Shown here one piece after another: positions 38,811 to 53,966 of a DNA stretch of 64,000 nucleotides. Under the pieces are notes generated by a model. The model ran no database searches. It was given only the letters and a program-made list of their open reading frames with translations, and was not told the origin of the DNA. The DNA is from Octopus vulgaris. Its lineage: Eukaryota. Position 1 is the stretch's first letter; each line of letters opens with the position of its first letter. The DNA lies in the NCBI GenBank assembly GCA_951406725.2, contig OX597834.1, positions 41,168,001 to 41,232,000 of the forward strand, in the 5' to 3' direction. Position numbers and translations under genes: made by a program.

Positions 38811-38844
38811 GAAAAGAATGCCAAATTTTATTTCTTCTTCTGGG

Positions 38845-38897
<53 letters not shown>

Positions 38898-40715
38898 TGT
38901 GTGTACCTATGCTGTGCTATTTATTGTTGCTGTTGTTGCTGTTGTTGTTGTCGTCCAATTTCTCTTCTGGTCTTGCACACTCTGCTGTGTATTCACCGGT
39001 TCCTATCTTGTTATTGTTCTTATATATCCATTATTTTTGGAAAAATTTCTGTTTTCTGTTTTTTTTTTGTTTTTTTTTTTGTTTTTCCATTACAAAAAAA
39101 AAAAAAGAAAAAATGTAATTACTTTTATATGTGTATGCGTGTGTAGTTGTCTCTGTGTATGTGTTTGTGTAAGTCTGTCTTTGTGTGTGTGTGTGTGTGT
39201 TCACATGAGTGTTTGTAGGTGTGTGTGAGCTTATAATGTGTGTTTGTGTTTGCATGTGTGTGTGCGTGTGTGTATATATATATATATATGTGTGTTTGTG
39301 AATGTGTGTGTGTGTGTGTGTATTTATATGTATGTATGTTTATATGCGTATGTGTCATCCCTTCTTTCCTCCCCCACCCCTTCCGCTATACATTGTGTAT
39401 ACAGGTTTTTTTTTTTAAAGACTAACCTCATTAATATGCGACCAATCGCAGCAGATCTTGCGTAAGTCACCCCCCACCACACCCTTTTCTTTAGGTTTTT
39501 TGTCCCTACACTGTCCCCTTCATCCATCAGTCATAACCACCATCATAATCATAATCATCCTTGTTGTTATTAATTGCAACAGTTTCGTGCAAGCTCCTAT
39601 ACTGCACCATGAGATGCACCTCTGTATTTTTCAAGGATATTCGTTGTTTGTCTCTACTGTAGCATTGTGCTCAGATCCCTCAGTTTCTCTCTTTCTCTCT
39701 CGCCCTCCCTCCTTGCTCTCTATCTTTTTGCCTAGGGTGCAATATGGTGTGCGTCCATTGTGTTTGTCTGTTTCTAATGTATAGTTAGATTATGTGATTC
39801 ATGTATTCAGTTCAGAGAACTGCCCCGGCCCCATCTCCTACCTTACATAAACTGTATACTGTGACTAGTAATCCCCTCTCTCTCTCTGTTGTTCTTCTTG
39901 TTCTTATTGCCTAGCCCCAGGTCATCCCTGATTGACTGGAACTATAATCAATGGCAGGGCATCCGTGACCCGTCTCATTTGTTTGTTCGCTTACAACAAA
40001 TAAACAAACACCCTTCATTTATATTTCAGGTATTGTGTAATTTGAGTGGTAGTTGGGTACTATTTCTAGTGAATCAAAATGACCATGTAGATGCTCCCTT
40101 GCTCCCTCATTGCTGTCTTTCATTAGCAAAACAAGGTAGATGTGCTCAGTAGGATGTTATAATCTACCTGTATCAGAAAATTTTAAATTGTAGGACTTCA
40201 CTCTCCAAAACTTGGGCCATGGTGACTCCATTTGGCCCCATCTTAGCCAGGTTACCTTTGTACCACATTCCAACACACTTGCCAGTTTGTTCCTCCTCAG
40301 TTGATTCTCACACCTCAACACCCCATTCTAGATCAGTAGCATCTTGTCCTTTTCTTCAATAATATCATAGTGAGGTGTTGTGCTGCTACCTTGTCCAGTC
40401 TTGTGTGGTACATATATATATATAATCAAAATAAGCAACAGGATATATATATATATATGTTGTGATACCTGTGCCAGTGGCACGTAAAAAGCACCAACCG
40501 ATCGTGGCCGCTGCTAGCTTCCCCTGGCACGTAAAAAGCACCCACTACACTCACGGAGTGGTTGGCGTTAGGAAGGGCATCCAGCTGTAGAAACACTGCC
40601 AGATCAGACTGGAGCCTGGTGCAGCCTCCTACTTATTCCATCAGTTTCTTTTGTCAAGATGCTAAGTTACAGGGACCTAAACACACCAACACTGGTTGTC
40701 AGGCAGTGGTAGGGG

Positions 40716-40747
<32 letters not shown>

Positions 40748-41349
40748 ACACTCACACTCAGTTTCTGTCTACTTGATTCGTTCACAAGGCATTGGTCACC
40801 TTGGGGCTATAGTAGAAAACACTTGACCAAGGTGTCATACAGTGGGACTGAACCTGAAACTGTGTGGTTACAAAGCGAGCTTCTTAACTACACAGCCATG
40901 CCAGTGCTTACACACACACACACACACACAGAGTATTATTCATAAATATACATGCATACATATACATGCCTATATGTACCATTCATACATACCTGGCTTC
41001 AGTCTGGTTAACAACAGGCTCCACACCTATTCCATTGTTTAGTTCAGTATGCCATACAATTGCCTCACAACAAAATGCAAATGTCTAATTACATACATAC
41101 ACACACACACACAATATATATATAAAATATAATATTTGTATTAATAATAATTAGCAGCAAAAAATTCATCAATTTGGTTGCGTAAAAAATGGGAAAAAAA
41201 AAAAGCCAACAAAAAACACCAGGCAACAATGGGCAAATGTCTACATTTGATGAAAAGCCACTTTGACTGGCATCTCAGAAAATAGACGTAGAAAAGTTAA
41301 CAATCTCCATTGAAACAATGGTTTCCTTGATGGGTGTGCATTGATGTTC

Positions 41350-41387
<38 letters not shown>

Positions 41388-41514
41388 GTTTTCTTATTTA
41401 ATTATTTCTTATTAATTTCGACTGGCCAACTGCTAAAATAGCAAGTTTGTGAAGGAAAGCATCTTGTATGTTCATCCGTCTTTAAACCCTTTAGTGTTCA
41501 CATTATCCTGCCAA

Positions 41515-41810
41515 ATTGAGCAAAAACACCTAAAGCTCCACGAGGCTCCGGCAGGGGATGGTGGTGATCCCTGCTGTACTCTTTCACCACAACTTTCTCT
41601 CACTCTTACTTCCTGTTTCTGTTGTACCTGTATTTCAAAGGGCCGGCCTTGTCACTCTCTGTGTCACGCTGAATATCCCCGAGAACTACGTTAAGGGTAC
41701 CCGTGTCTGTGGAGTGCTCAGCCACTTACACGTTAATTTCACGAGCAGGCTGTTCTGTTGATTCGGATCAACCGGAACCCTCATCGTCGTAACCGACGGA
41801 GTGCTTCCAA
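41515..41810 (+). mobile_element. Family E SINE (5'-truncated, third tail type) nested in MITE B
   Basis: Flanked by an atcctgccaaa duplication. The host MITE spans about 41487-42016. Confidence 0.75.
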
Positions 41811-42532
41811 AATCCTGCCAAAATTAATCCCTTTTCATCCACATTGCTTTGAACTAATCATTCATTAATCTTGTAGCTTTGAGATTTTGATGAGGTAGCT
41901 GTTACTTTTTACAACGATATTGTAGGGTTGGTGTGAGGGACCAGATCTGGCCAGTTTGAACATAAAACCGGCAGAATACTTTTGGCCGGATATGGCCGGT
42001 TTAAATGCTAAAGGATTAAATCTTAAGGCCTTGCAGATTTTTATTGTCCCTAATGCTGTGATCATTTACAGTGTATGAATTAAGGGGTTGCATTCTCTCC
42101 TCAAGAACTCAAGTTCAGCTGGACACGTTGATACATAATCTGTTGCTCTAATAATAATTAGTACAAAACTAAAAGTTTATCGTGAATGCTGGATTTGCGA
42201 ATTCCTTATCATAGACTTTTATAAAGTTCTATATTTAAGAGATGAGGAATTATGTACATTATTTACATTCGACGGATATTTGTCCTCATCTTGTTTGTTG
42301 TTAACACAATGTTTTGGCTGATATACTCTCCAGCCTTCATCGGGTGTCTTGAACATAAAACAGGTAGAATATTTATATAGGATGGATATGGCTGGTTTAA
42401 ATGCTGAAGGGTTAAGGATAACTTCCTCTCTTCTTCCTTGGTGGTCCTAAAAATTAAATGGCATAGGCCCTGCCCTTCCTTCCCTGGAGAGTAGGGAGAG
42501 GCAACTAATAAAAAAAAAAAATCATTCTAGTG

Positions 42533-43115
<583 letters not shown>

Positions 43116-44489
43116 TTCTAGTGGAATAAATAAGTAGGAAATTATTCATGTGTATTTGTGATTCAACCATTCAAAAATTGTTGCCAAGAAATGAATGTTT
43201 GGAGCATGAATTCCTTTAATCTTTCATGCGTCATTAATAACCACAACTTGAATCGCTCAAAACTGCTATCCATGTTTTTGTTGGTGTCAAATTTTACGAC
43301 TTCAGCTGATAAAACATTTCGGCTCACCTTGTCATTTCTGTTCTAGAACCAGTCCCTTTGAATATAATTTACTTTCTTATTTACGTAACGTTTGCCCACA
43401 TTTCCCTGCATGGTCATTCATCTTGCTGGAAATGGCAGCCAAATTTTCCTTAATTTTCACTTTAATGGTTAGAAATTGGAGCCAAATCTCTCTCAAATTG
43501 CATCTTACCATTTACAAATAACAACCAAATCTCTTTCAAATCACCCTTAATATTCTAGAAATAGCAGTCAAATCTCTCTTAAATCACATTATACATTATA
43601 GAAATAGTTGTGAAATTTTGCTGAAATTAGCTTTACTATCTATAAATAGCAATCAAGTCCCCAGTGCCCTTCATGTCACACCTTATCAGGTAAATCTCCT
43701 TCAAACCACAACTTAACACCTTTTTTTTTGTAAAAAAAAAATGAAGAATTCATTGGCTAATGTGGTCATAGTTGTACAGTGCCCAGGGAAAGAGTAGGAT
43801 AACCATCATTGGAATATTTATCATTCTGTGTTTGCTCAGTCATTGCCAAACTGGCATTTCATCCGTTATGATGATGAGGGTTCCAGGTGATTTGATCAAT
43901 GGAACAGACTGTCACCTGAAATTAATGTGCAAGTGGCTGAGCACTCAACCAGTGTACACATGCACCCTTAATGTGGTTCTCAGGGAGATTCAATGTGACA
44001 CAGAGTGTGATAAGGCTGGCCCTTTGAAATACGGGTACAATTCATATTTGCCAGGTGAGTGGACTGGAGCTATGTGAAATAAAGCACCTTGCTCCAGAAC
44101 ACAACACAAAGCTGAATATTATAATTCACAACCTTACAATTGTGAGCCAAATACCCTAAACACCAACCCCACCAGCACCGCCACCGCCGCCGTGTTAAAC
44201 ATGAATCAAAGGCCCAAAAATGGGAGTTGCTATAGAATGGTCATTCTATCTGCTAAAAATAACACTAAATTTCCATCCTCTCCAAATCACAAAAACGAGC
44301 AGTCTACATTTTGTAATGTGTGCAAGCCTTCCAGTGTGCCAGCCCGGTCAAACCGTCCAGCCCATGGCAGAGTGGACAATGGATGTTAAATGATGATGAT
44401 GATGATGATGATTTTTAAGTATACAAAAAGACACTACCACATCTAGAACATCTGTGAGCATAGATTTGCTAGATTTGGGCTGACCTGAG

Positions 44490-44935
44490 GCTCATTTACT
44501 TCTTATTTAAGCCCTTTGGATTAAAGACCATTGATGACTTTTCTCCATTGTTCTCGACTCTGAGCTGTCATTTCTACTTCTCTCCATTTGGACCCCTGCT
44601 TTTTCAGCCCTGCCTTAGTATTCTGTTTTCAGCTATTCCTTTAAGAATACCTGAGAAGATTTTTGATGCTCTATGCCATCTCTTACCTTGGTGGGAAGCC
44701 TTCCTCTCCCAGGGCTTGTTGGTTTTGAACCGCCACCGATGCATTTTTTTTACTAGGTAGGGGTATTGGCTCTATGCAAAATCATTTTTACCCCTGAGAA
44801 GAGGTGGTCTCATATTAGTCTGGTCCCTGACCTGTTTAGTATTGGAGGCCCTGATCAGAAGCTTGCGCTATACTGGTTGAGTTATTAGGGTCCTTGAGGC
44901 ACACAGACCAGCACAACAATAAGGACCAGACCTTG
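44490..44935 (-). mobile_element. Internally deleted RTE-like retroposon (5'UTR joined to 3' end)
   Basis: Homologous pieces at 50195-50530 (-) and 49720-50160 (+, interrupted by a SINE). The gggcctccca...acaggtca motif resembles RTE 5'UTRs (from recall). Confidence 0.5.
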
Positions 44936-45077
44936 GGGATAAAACAGCAACCATTCTGTTAGACAGGAGGTAAGAATTAAAGTACAAACCACTGGAGCTC
45001 AGTTGGTTTAAAATGTCAAACTACTTTCTACCATTCCAAAAAAAAATCCCAAAAAACAAAAGGCCAGAGAGATTCAG

Positions 45078-45245
45078 TAATACATTTAGGAGTACACTGT
45101 ACCTTTAATACATTTAGGAGTACACTGTACCTTTAATACATTTAGGAGTACACTGTACCTTTAATACATTTAGGAGTACACTGTACCTTCAATACATTTA
45201 GGAGTACACTGTACCTTTAATACATTTAGGAGTACACTGTACCTT
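45078..45245. repeat. 28-bp minisatellite, six copies
   Basis: Unit taatacatttaggagtacactgtacctt, with one substitution across the array. Confidence 0.97.
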
Positions 45246-47714
45246 AAAATGAATTGAAATAAAATAAAATAAAGGTTAACATGGTCATGGTTGGAATGCT
45301 TTTAGTCATAGGTCTGATGAATCAGGGCTGACCCGGAGCAAGGTGCTTTTGAACAGATTGGAAAATTCTTTTAGGTGTTTGTTTTGCTCACCGAGTTGCA
45401 CTGACAGGCCCCTCTTGTCATTTTCCCACTGGAAAACGCAGTGAACCGATAATTAGCCTTTTGAAAACCTATAACTGACGTTATTAGTGTTCACAAATTG
45501 CAAGATATAAAATAAAATAAAATAAAATAAAAATAAAAAAACAACGACGACAACAACTTGTAAATGCTTCAAATTCTTTGGTGAAAAACTCTCATTGTGG
45601 TTTAAAGATTTTTAATGTTTTGATATTTGAAATCTTTAAGTAGTTTGTTTATTTTCACCGCAGCTATTTCGGCACGTTACATTGCATAAATTTATACAAA
45701 ATACAAAATACGAAAAAAAAAAAAAAAAAAAAAAAAAAAAGGAAAAAAAAAAAGAAAGAGAAAAAAGTCCCTTCTACCCACTGTCTTCCTTCTACTAAAA
45801 CCCTCCCTTCTTCCCCTGGCTATCTATCGTTTCAGTTGTACGTGTGAACTTTGCACAAGTTGACACACCCTTTGAAATATGCATTGTTTAACGCTGTTGC
45901 ACCACCACCACCTCCACCACCACCACCACCACCACCACCACCACCACCACCACCACCACCTCCACCTCAAAAGGTGGCGTGATCTCATGGCTGTAAACTA
46001 GAGTTTTCCATCGTCATTAGCGTAAACTTCTTTTGTAGGAGTAAGTGCAGCGTCTGAGCGTCTGTGTGTCTCTGCTGCCTGTCCTGCAAGGAACAGTAGC
46101 TAAATCTCCCTTTGTATCACACCTTACTGTCTTTCAGAAAGAAGGGTTCTGATTGGACTGTGTAGTCCTAAATAAACACAAAAACTGGGTAGCGACAGCT
46201 GAGTCACTTTTGAATCATATCCTTACTTGATTTCGAGGTGAACTGGGGTTAAACAATAACTATATCATCATCATCACCATCACCATGATATGAGAACCAC
46301 AAGCCAATGGAGGAACCTCCACATAGGTTGCTTGGCCTCCTAAAAATAGCAGTGATATCTATCCTTGAATCATACCCTATTCTATTAAAAACGGAAGATA
46401 ACACTGCACAGTGTAGTCCTAGACGCACTTATGAACACGCACGCACACACACACATAATGATGGGCTTCTTTCAGTTTCCATCGACCAAATTCGCTCACA
46501 TGGCTTTGGTTGGTTCAGTGCTATAGTCTTAAAAGACACTTGCCAAAGATGTCACACACTGGGCTTGAACTTGAAACCATGTGGACGGGAAGCCAAACTT
46601 CTTAACCACACGGCCATGCCTGCTCTCAGAAAAAAATACCATTTTATCAAATTACTGCGATTTCTTATGAACCAATTGCGACTGATTGTATTAGTTACTT
46701 GACCTGTCATATTGAAATAGCAGCTAAATCTTCCTCAAATCATTCACTATCATTTACAAAGTGAAACAGAGCATTGAGCTATGTCATAAATGGAATGGTC
46801 ATAGTTGGAAGGTTTTTGAGGACTGACCTGGGAGTTAAACAGCAACAATAACTTGTAGGTTTAGAGCCAAAGAAGGAGCTTTTACTCAATAGAAATAATA
46901 GCTAAATCGCCCAAATTATACTATGCTGTCTAACAAAACGAAACGACGCATTGGTCAGTGTTATATTGTTGGAGGGTCATAGTTGGAAGGTTTTTGAGGG
47001 CTTTTGAGTTATGGATGGAGCTTGTACTAAATCTGCTCCGTTGGTACACTGTTTTGCAAACAAAAGACAATAAAAAATCAACAAAACAAGCAAAAATAAG
47101 ATGGTCGTGGGTGGAATGCCTTTGATCGTAGCTCTTCTCAGAGCCAACTCAAGGCTAGACAACAACATTGAACCAGCGCTACTAATACTTTGCTGACACC
47201 AGTACCACCAGCATCAGCACCAGCACTACCACCACCAACACCACCATCACCAACACAACAACAACACAACAACAACAACAACAATTCAGGAAGATTGTTC
47301 TTTCTCTTCCACATTTTTAACGAATTTAAAAGATTATCTTTGGTTCTGTTTGTCTTGTGAACCTCGTTTCTCTCCCACTCTCACTTTCGAACCTACAGCT
47401 ATATCTCCTTTTATGGCAGGTTGTAATTAAATAATTTAGTATTTAACCTAATAAAGAGATAGATTTTAAATAGTAAAGTAACTAATTATAATCCTTTCTA
47501 CTCTAGGCACAAGGCCTGAAATTTGTGGGGAGGGGGTCCAGTTGATTAGATCGACCCCAGTACGCAACTGGTACTTAATTTATCGACCCTGAAAGGATGA
47601 AAGGCAAAGTCGACCTTGATGGAATTTGAACTCAGAACGTAAAGACAGACGAAATACCGCTAAGCATTTCATCCAGCGTGCTAATGATTTTGCCGGCTCA
47701 CCATCTAACGAAGT

Positions 47715-47965
47715 TGTTGTTTGTTCCTACTCGAGCCACGCCTGGCTCATAAGGGCCAGTTTCCTGGTTTCCTTGGCGTATAGGTTCCCCACCTGGACGG
47801 GACGCCGGTCCGTCGCAGGTGAGCTGCAAGATGCAGGAGGAAAGAGTGAGAAAAAGTTGTGGCGAAAGAGTCAGCAGAAGTTCGCCATTTCCTTCTGCCG
47901 GAGCCGCGTGGAGCTTAGGTGTTTCGCTCATAAACACACAAATCGCCCGGTCTGAGATTCGAACC
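47715..47965 (-). mobile_element. Family E SINE, fourth tail type
   Basis: Shares aaacacctaagctccacgcggctccggcag...ctctttcgccacaac, then a distinct tail ending (caa)n. Confidence 0.75.
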
Positions 47966-48085
47966 AACAATATGGGGCCTTCTGTGTGGTCATGTGACAT
48001 GCTAGAAATAGCTGTCAAATATCACTCAAATAGTGCCTACTTAAAATAAATAAAGGAAGAACACATTTCATAATATTGCTCTATA

Positions 48086-48307
48086 CATGAGGGGGTGATG
48101 AAAAGTTCCCGGTTTTGGGTAAAAGAAAATACAGGAGGATCAGTTAATTATGATTTTATTCATCATATTCTCCTCTCAGGGTCACACACTTATTGCAGTG
48201 GTCTCTCCATTTTTCTGAGCCCTGTGAAAGAACTCAGAAGGTTTGGACTCCAACCAGGCATTTTGCGATACTCTTAAAGCCAAGAACTTTTCAGCAACCC
48301 CCTGATG
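48086..48307. mobile_element. Tc1/mariner MITE with TA TSD
   Basis: ta-catgagggggtgatgaaaagttc ... gaacttttcagcaaccccctgatg-ta. A partial copy lies at about 35045-35132. Confidence 0.8.
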
Positions 48308-49056
48308 TACCAAAATACATGATGGTCACAGCTGGAATGCCTTTGGTTATAGTTCTGTTGGATCAGAACTGACCTGGGCCCAGACAACATCTACCGTAAT
48401 CGTTGACTTCAAAGATAAGATTCACCCCTGGTTGCATTGTCTTTATGCGTTTGTTTGATGCCATTGGGATGATCCTCTTTGCTTGTTGTTTTTAGATTTA
48501 GATATAAACAACTCTTGAAGGGGTTCTGCCCACTCAATGCACTGATTAATCTTGACTAAGCAGAAGTTTTTCAGCTTATTGTATTACATGTGAGGTTCTG
48601 TAGACTCTGTTGAAAGCTCATGTTTTGTATTAACTTGTAAACAGATAGTGTACTCGTACATATGTGAGTGCTAGTGTTACTTTGTGTGTGTGTGTGTACA
48701 TGTATTAAAGTCAGTGTTTGTGTTATTGTCAGTGCACATGTATGTGTGCGTGCATGTCATTGTGAAAGAAAATCGAGAGGGCCAAAACTGGGTGGGGAGG
48801 TGAGTTGAGTTCATAGGCCATATTAAATACAACAGGGTTTTTTTCTCTTCCAGTATTTATTTTATAAGCAAGGAGTGGTTTTTGGCATATTTTGTAATAT
48901 TTAGAGGAAACCTCACAAAATATTGCTATTAAGATACATTATTTGATTAAAGGTGTGGGTCTCTCCCTTGTCTACCTACACATTATCTGTACAACAGGGA
49001 GCTATGAGCTAGCTAGCTAGATAGGTAGGTAGATAGGTAGGTAGGTGGATAGATAA

Positions 49057-49116
<60 letters not shown>

Positions 49117-50534
49117 GTAAAGAGAGAGTGAAAAGAAACTGTCTCTGTAATTGCTTGACCTAGCAGAAACAGAAACCAAATCATGCCATACTGTTTTAAA
49201 AGAAAAAGTGAAATGGCATAGTGTATTTAGGCCTACATTATCTAATGTCTGAATGTTTAAAGGAGTGGATTTTCTCTCTTTGTTTGCCAATACATTAAGC
49301 TAGAATTCAATAAAGGCCCATCCAAGGGGAACCCCCCTAAGGTTGCTTAACCTGAAAATCACTCCCTGCTGTCTTAACAAAAGAAAGGACACATTGGAGA
49401 ATGTAGTGTTACTATATGTGTGAATAAAAAACTTTAAAAAAGAGGGATGGTTACTACTGGGGTGTCTTTGAGCATAAGTCTTTTCAGATAAGGGCAGATC
49501 TCGAGCTAAACATCATCATCATCAACCACATCTACTACTATGACAACTGCTTGTCCTTCTTCAAATAGCAACCTTATTAGATCCTACTCTCTTAAAGTGG
49601 AAATGTACCTTGAGTAATGCAGTCTTGCATACACCAGATCAAAATAATAAGGGTAGGATGGCAACTGCCAGAATGGTTTTGGTCTTAGGTCAGCTAAGTC
49701 AGGCTACCACAATGTTCAGTTCTTGTGGTGTGTTGCCTTGTATGTCTCAATGATCCTGAGAGCAATTTCAGTGGAGTGCAAGCTTCTGGCAGGGCCTCCC
49801 ATGCTGGACAGGTCAAGGAATAGCAGCCAGACTAATATTGGCTTCAAATTTTGGCACAAGGCCAGCAATTTTGGGGGAGGAGTAAGTCAGTTACCTCGAC
49901 CCCTGTGCTCAGCTGGTTCTTATTTTATCAACCCCAAAAGGATGAAAGGCAAAGTTGTCCTTTGTGGAATTTGAGCTCAGAACATAAGGATGGATGAAAT
50001 GCCACTAACCATTTTGCTCCTCATGCTAACAGTTCTACTGGCTCACCACCTTAGAGAAGCCATACTAATGTGGACCACTTCTTCCCAGGGGTTTGCATAG
50101 GGCCAACACACCTATTTAGAAAAACAGTGAAGTTAGAGAAGCACTGGTGGCATTTCAAAATCAGCAGGACCCTGCAGAAGAAGGCCCTTGTTTTTGCTTT
50201 AAACCCTTTGTTCCCTATAGAGCATAGGCTATTGACAACTTTTCTCCACTGTTCTCAACTCTTTGTCATCTTTTCTGATTCTCTCCAGTCTGACCCCTGC
50301 ATTTACAGCTCTGCCTCAGTATCCTGCCTCCTTGAGGGAAAGACTTCCTCTCCCAAGGCTTGTTAGCTTTGAATTGCAATCATTTCAAAGTGGAGTATTA
50401 GCCCTATATAAACCCATTTTTACCTCTGGGAAGAGGTGATCCATATTAATCTGGCTTCTCTCCTTTGACCTGTCTAGCACGGGAGGCCCTTTGAAGAACT
50501 TGCATTCTGCTGATATGGCTCTCAGGGTCATTAA

Positions 50535-50979
50535 CCCTTAGCATTTAACCCTTCTGATATCAACCCTGCTGAAACCACCTCTGGCTCTGTAGTACAAATG
50601 TCTTGTTTTCATAAGTTTTGAATGAAAATCTCCCACCAAACCTTAGTCACAATTTATGTTCCTAACACTAGCTGAATGATAACTAAGTTATTTTACTAAA
50701 TTCTTTGTTATATTTAAAATTAATTGACTGAAACACAGGGCATCTCAAAATAAATACAGTAACAAAAGGGTTAAACTGGCCATATCCAGCCAAAATATTC
50801 CATCTACTTTATGTTCAAATGGCTAAATCTGGCATCTCACACCTACTCTACAATGTCATTTTAAAAGTAAACTACTACATCGTCAACCACCTGAAGCTAC
50901 AAGATAATTCATGATTAATTCAAACACAATGTTAATAAATAAGCATTACATTTAATAGAATAATCTGAATGCCAGAGGG
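50535..50979. mobile_element. MITE B with nested MITE A (50549-50770) at a TTAA site
   Basis: TTAA duplication at 50545-50548 and 50771-50774; ccct/aggg termini. Confidence 0.8.
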
Positions 50980-51327
50980 TGAAGGCATGAACGCCATCAT
51001 CACACTGCAGAAGAGGCTGGAACCTGTGACGGAAAGGTGCAACACGATGCAGTTGAGCCCCAGACCTCATAAAGCTGAAGGTTATCATCTATGGACTTGA
51101 TAAAAATTAGAATTGAGTTTGGAAAAAAAATTCAAATTTCTAGTTTTAGTTGTTTTGGCTTAGTGTAAAAACATGAAAGTTTAGATAATCCAGTTCCCAC
51201 ACCCCCACAACTGGTAGTGGTGGTCACCTACAAGTAGTGGATTTTCATTACAAAAGATATGCACTTGACTCTCCCACACTTTGAATGTGTGTCTGCGTGT
51301 GTACATAGATACACTTGTTTACATATA

Positions 51328-51361
<34 letters not shown>

Positions 51362-51552
51362 TATGCACGCACACACACACACATATCTTTACACATATAT
51401 GCACACACACACACACACACATATCTTTACATATACACATACATAGACACATATATACATCTTTGTGTACACACACACACACATGGAATATATGTGCATA
51501 TGTGACTATACAAATTATGGGTGTGTACTTATTTATATGTAAAACGAAATTA

Positions 51553-51587
<35 letters not shown>

Positions 51588-51718
51588 GGAGTATATGAGT
51601 ATATACTCATTTGCAACATTATATATATATATATCTCAATGTGTGCATTGTAGATCTATAAATACTTATGCACATACATACAGAGTAAAATTATGCATTT
51701 GTTCTACAGTTATGCACA

Positions 51719-51762
<44 letters not shown>

Positions 51763-52188
51763 TGCACGCACACACGTAACGTACACATACGCAAACCTTG
51801 ATTTTCCCCCCTCCACCTCCTCCTCCTCCTTCTCTCATAGGTGTCCTGTATTGACAGAAATACCTGTATAAAGTCGTCGATCAAGTCCTCATTGACTACC
51901 ATGCTGTCTGTCTGTCTGTCTGTCCGTGTCTCTCTCTCGTCCACCCCCTTCTTAGCTTCACTGCACATTCATAAGAGATCAACCCACACAACATTCCAAG
52001 CTCTACCCTGATAACAAAAACAAAAACAAAAAAGAAAAAAAAGAAAAAAGAAAAAAATACTCCAACGAGCCTCTATGTGGTTGCTTGACTTACTAGAAAT
52101 AGCAGCCAAATCACTTTCTCTGTCTTTCTCAAGTCACTATTGTTTGAAAGCTTTAGATAATATATAGATATGTATATATTTATATATA

Positions 52189-52435
52189 TTGGGTTGGTGC
52201 ATAATTATTGCAGCTTTTTTGCAACACATTTTATTCTACAAAATCAATAACAATATTTACCAAAACCATCTTTAAATGACGGTTTTGACCGTCTTCCAAG
52301 CAAATGGGAAGCAGTAATTGAAGTGGATGGTGAATATGCTCCGGAATAATCATTTAAAGATGGTTTTATTGTTACATGTTGTTATTGTTTTTGTAGAATA
52401 AAATTTGTTGAAATAAAGCCGAAATATAATTATGC
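52189..52435 (+). mobile_element. Mariner-derived MITE with ~90-bp TIRs and a transposase C-terminal remnant
   Basis: Arms ...ttttattctacaaaa...aaaaccatctttaaatga / tcatttaaagatggtttt...ttttgtagaataaaa. The spacer 52278-52349 encodes DGFDRLPSKWEAVIEVDGEYAPE*. Confidence 0.8.
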
Positions 52436-52550
52436 TTCCCAAACATGTGGTTCCATGTTCAGTCCCACTGCTTGGCACCTTGGGCAAGTGTCTGGGCTGA
52501 CAAAAAGCCTTGTGAGTGGATTTGGTAGAGGGAAACTGAAAGAAGCTTGT

Positions 52551-52701
<151 letters not shown>

Positions 52702-53443
52702 AGCCTGGTGCAGCCATCTGGTTTGCCAGTCCTCGTCAAATCGTCCAACTCATGCTAGCATGGAAAGTGGATGTTAAACGATGAAGATGATGATATATAT
52801 TATAATGTGTGTGCGTGTGTGTATATGTATGTTATGTGGACAATGGACATTAAATGATGATGATAATTATATATATATATATATATAAATATATATGTGC
52901 GTGTGTGTGCATATATAAGTGTGTGCATACAAATGTTTCTCTTTCTGTCTGTCTGTCTCTTTCTCTCTCTCCCTTCTCACTCTCTCTTTCTCTCTCTCTC
53001 TCTATATATATGTATATATATGTGTGTGTGTACAGATATAATAAAAATATGTGCATCTATATCTGTCTATCTGTCTGTCAATCAGTCAGTCATTGGGTGT
53101 GATTTTGATCTTTCAATGGTCACTTAGCTTTATCCGGGTGACCTACCCACCTTTATCCAGGGGACCTATGTCCAGTTAGCACTACCTTGGGTAACATATG
53201 AATCTTTCCAGGGCTTACAGCTACTACTCCATAGCCACTTTAAAGCAACTTCATGGCCCCCTAACCTACAGGCCCTTGTGATGCCCAGCATGCTGTAAGC
53301 TTTGCAGGGTTGATGACCTGCAGAATCCTTTCATCCAACACCCGTCGAGGATCACAGCTTGTGCCCCTTCCACTGTTGCAACATAACTTAACATATACAT
53401 ACATACATACATACATAATATAGGTAGATAGACATATTTATTC

Positions 53444-53487
<44 letters not shown>

Positions 53488-53764
53488 ATATATATTTATA
53501 TGTATACATGTATATACATTTACATGTGTATATATATTTATATGTATACATGTATATACATTTACGTGTATATATATACTTATATGTATTTATATGAATA
53601 TATATATATATATGTATATACTGTTGTGTCTGGGGAGAGTCATTTTCTTTTAGTGCCTTATTATTTAACACACTCACTGGTTTAGGTATTTTTTCTAAAA
53701 TTTTCATTGCATCTTGCAACCGTTTCAATAATCGTTGACCAAATCAAAAATAAAATATAGTCTT

Positions 53765-53966
<202 letters not shown>

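Noticed and set aside
38000-38824. Long poly-Y/I/T/V ORFs
   Set aside because: Trinucleotide microsatellites.
45078-45245. Possible CRISPR array (28-bp repeats)
   Set aside because: The repeats are contiguous with no spacers, the context is eukaryotic, and there are no cas genes.
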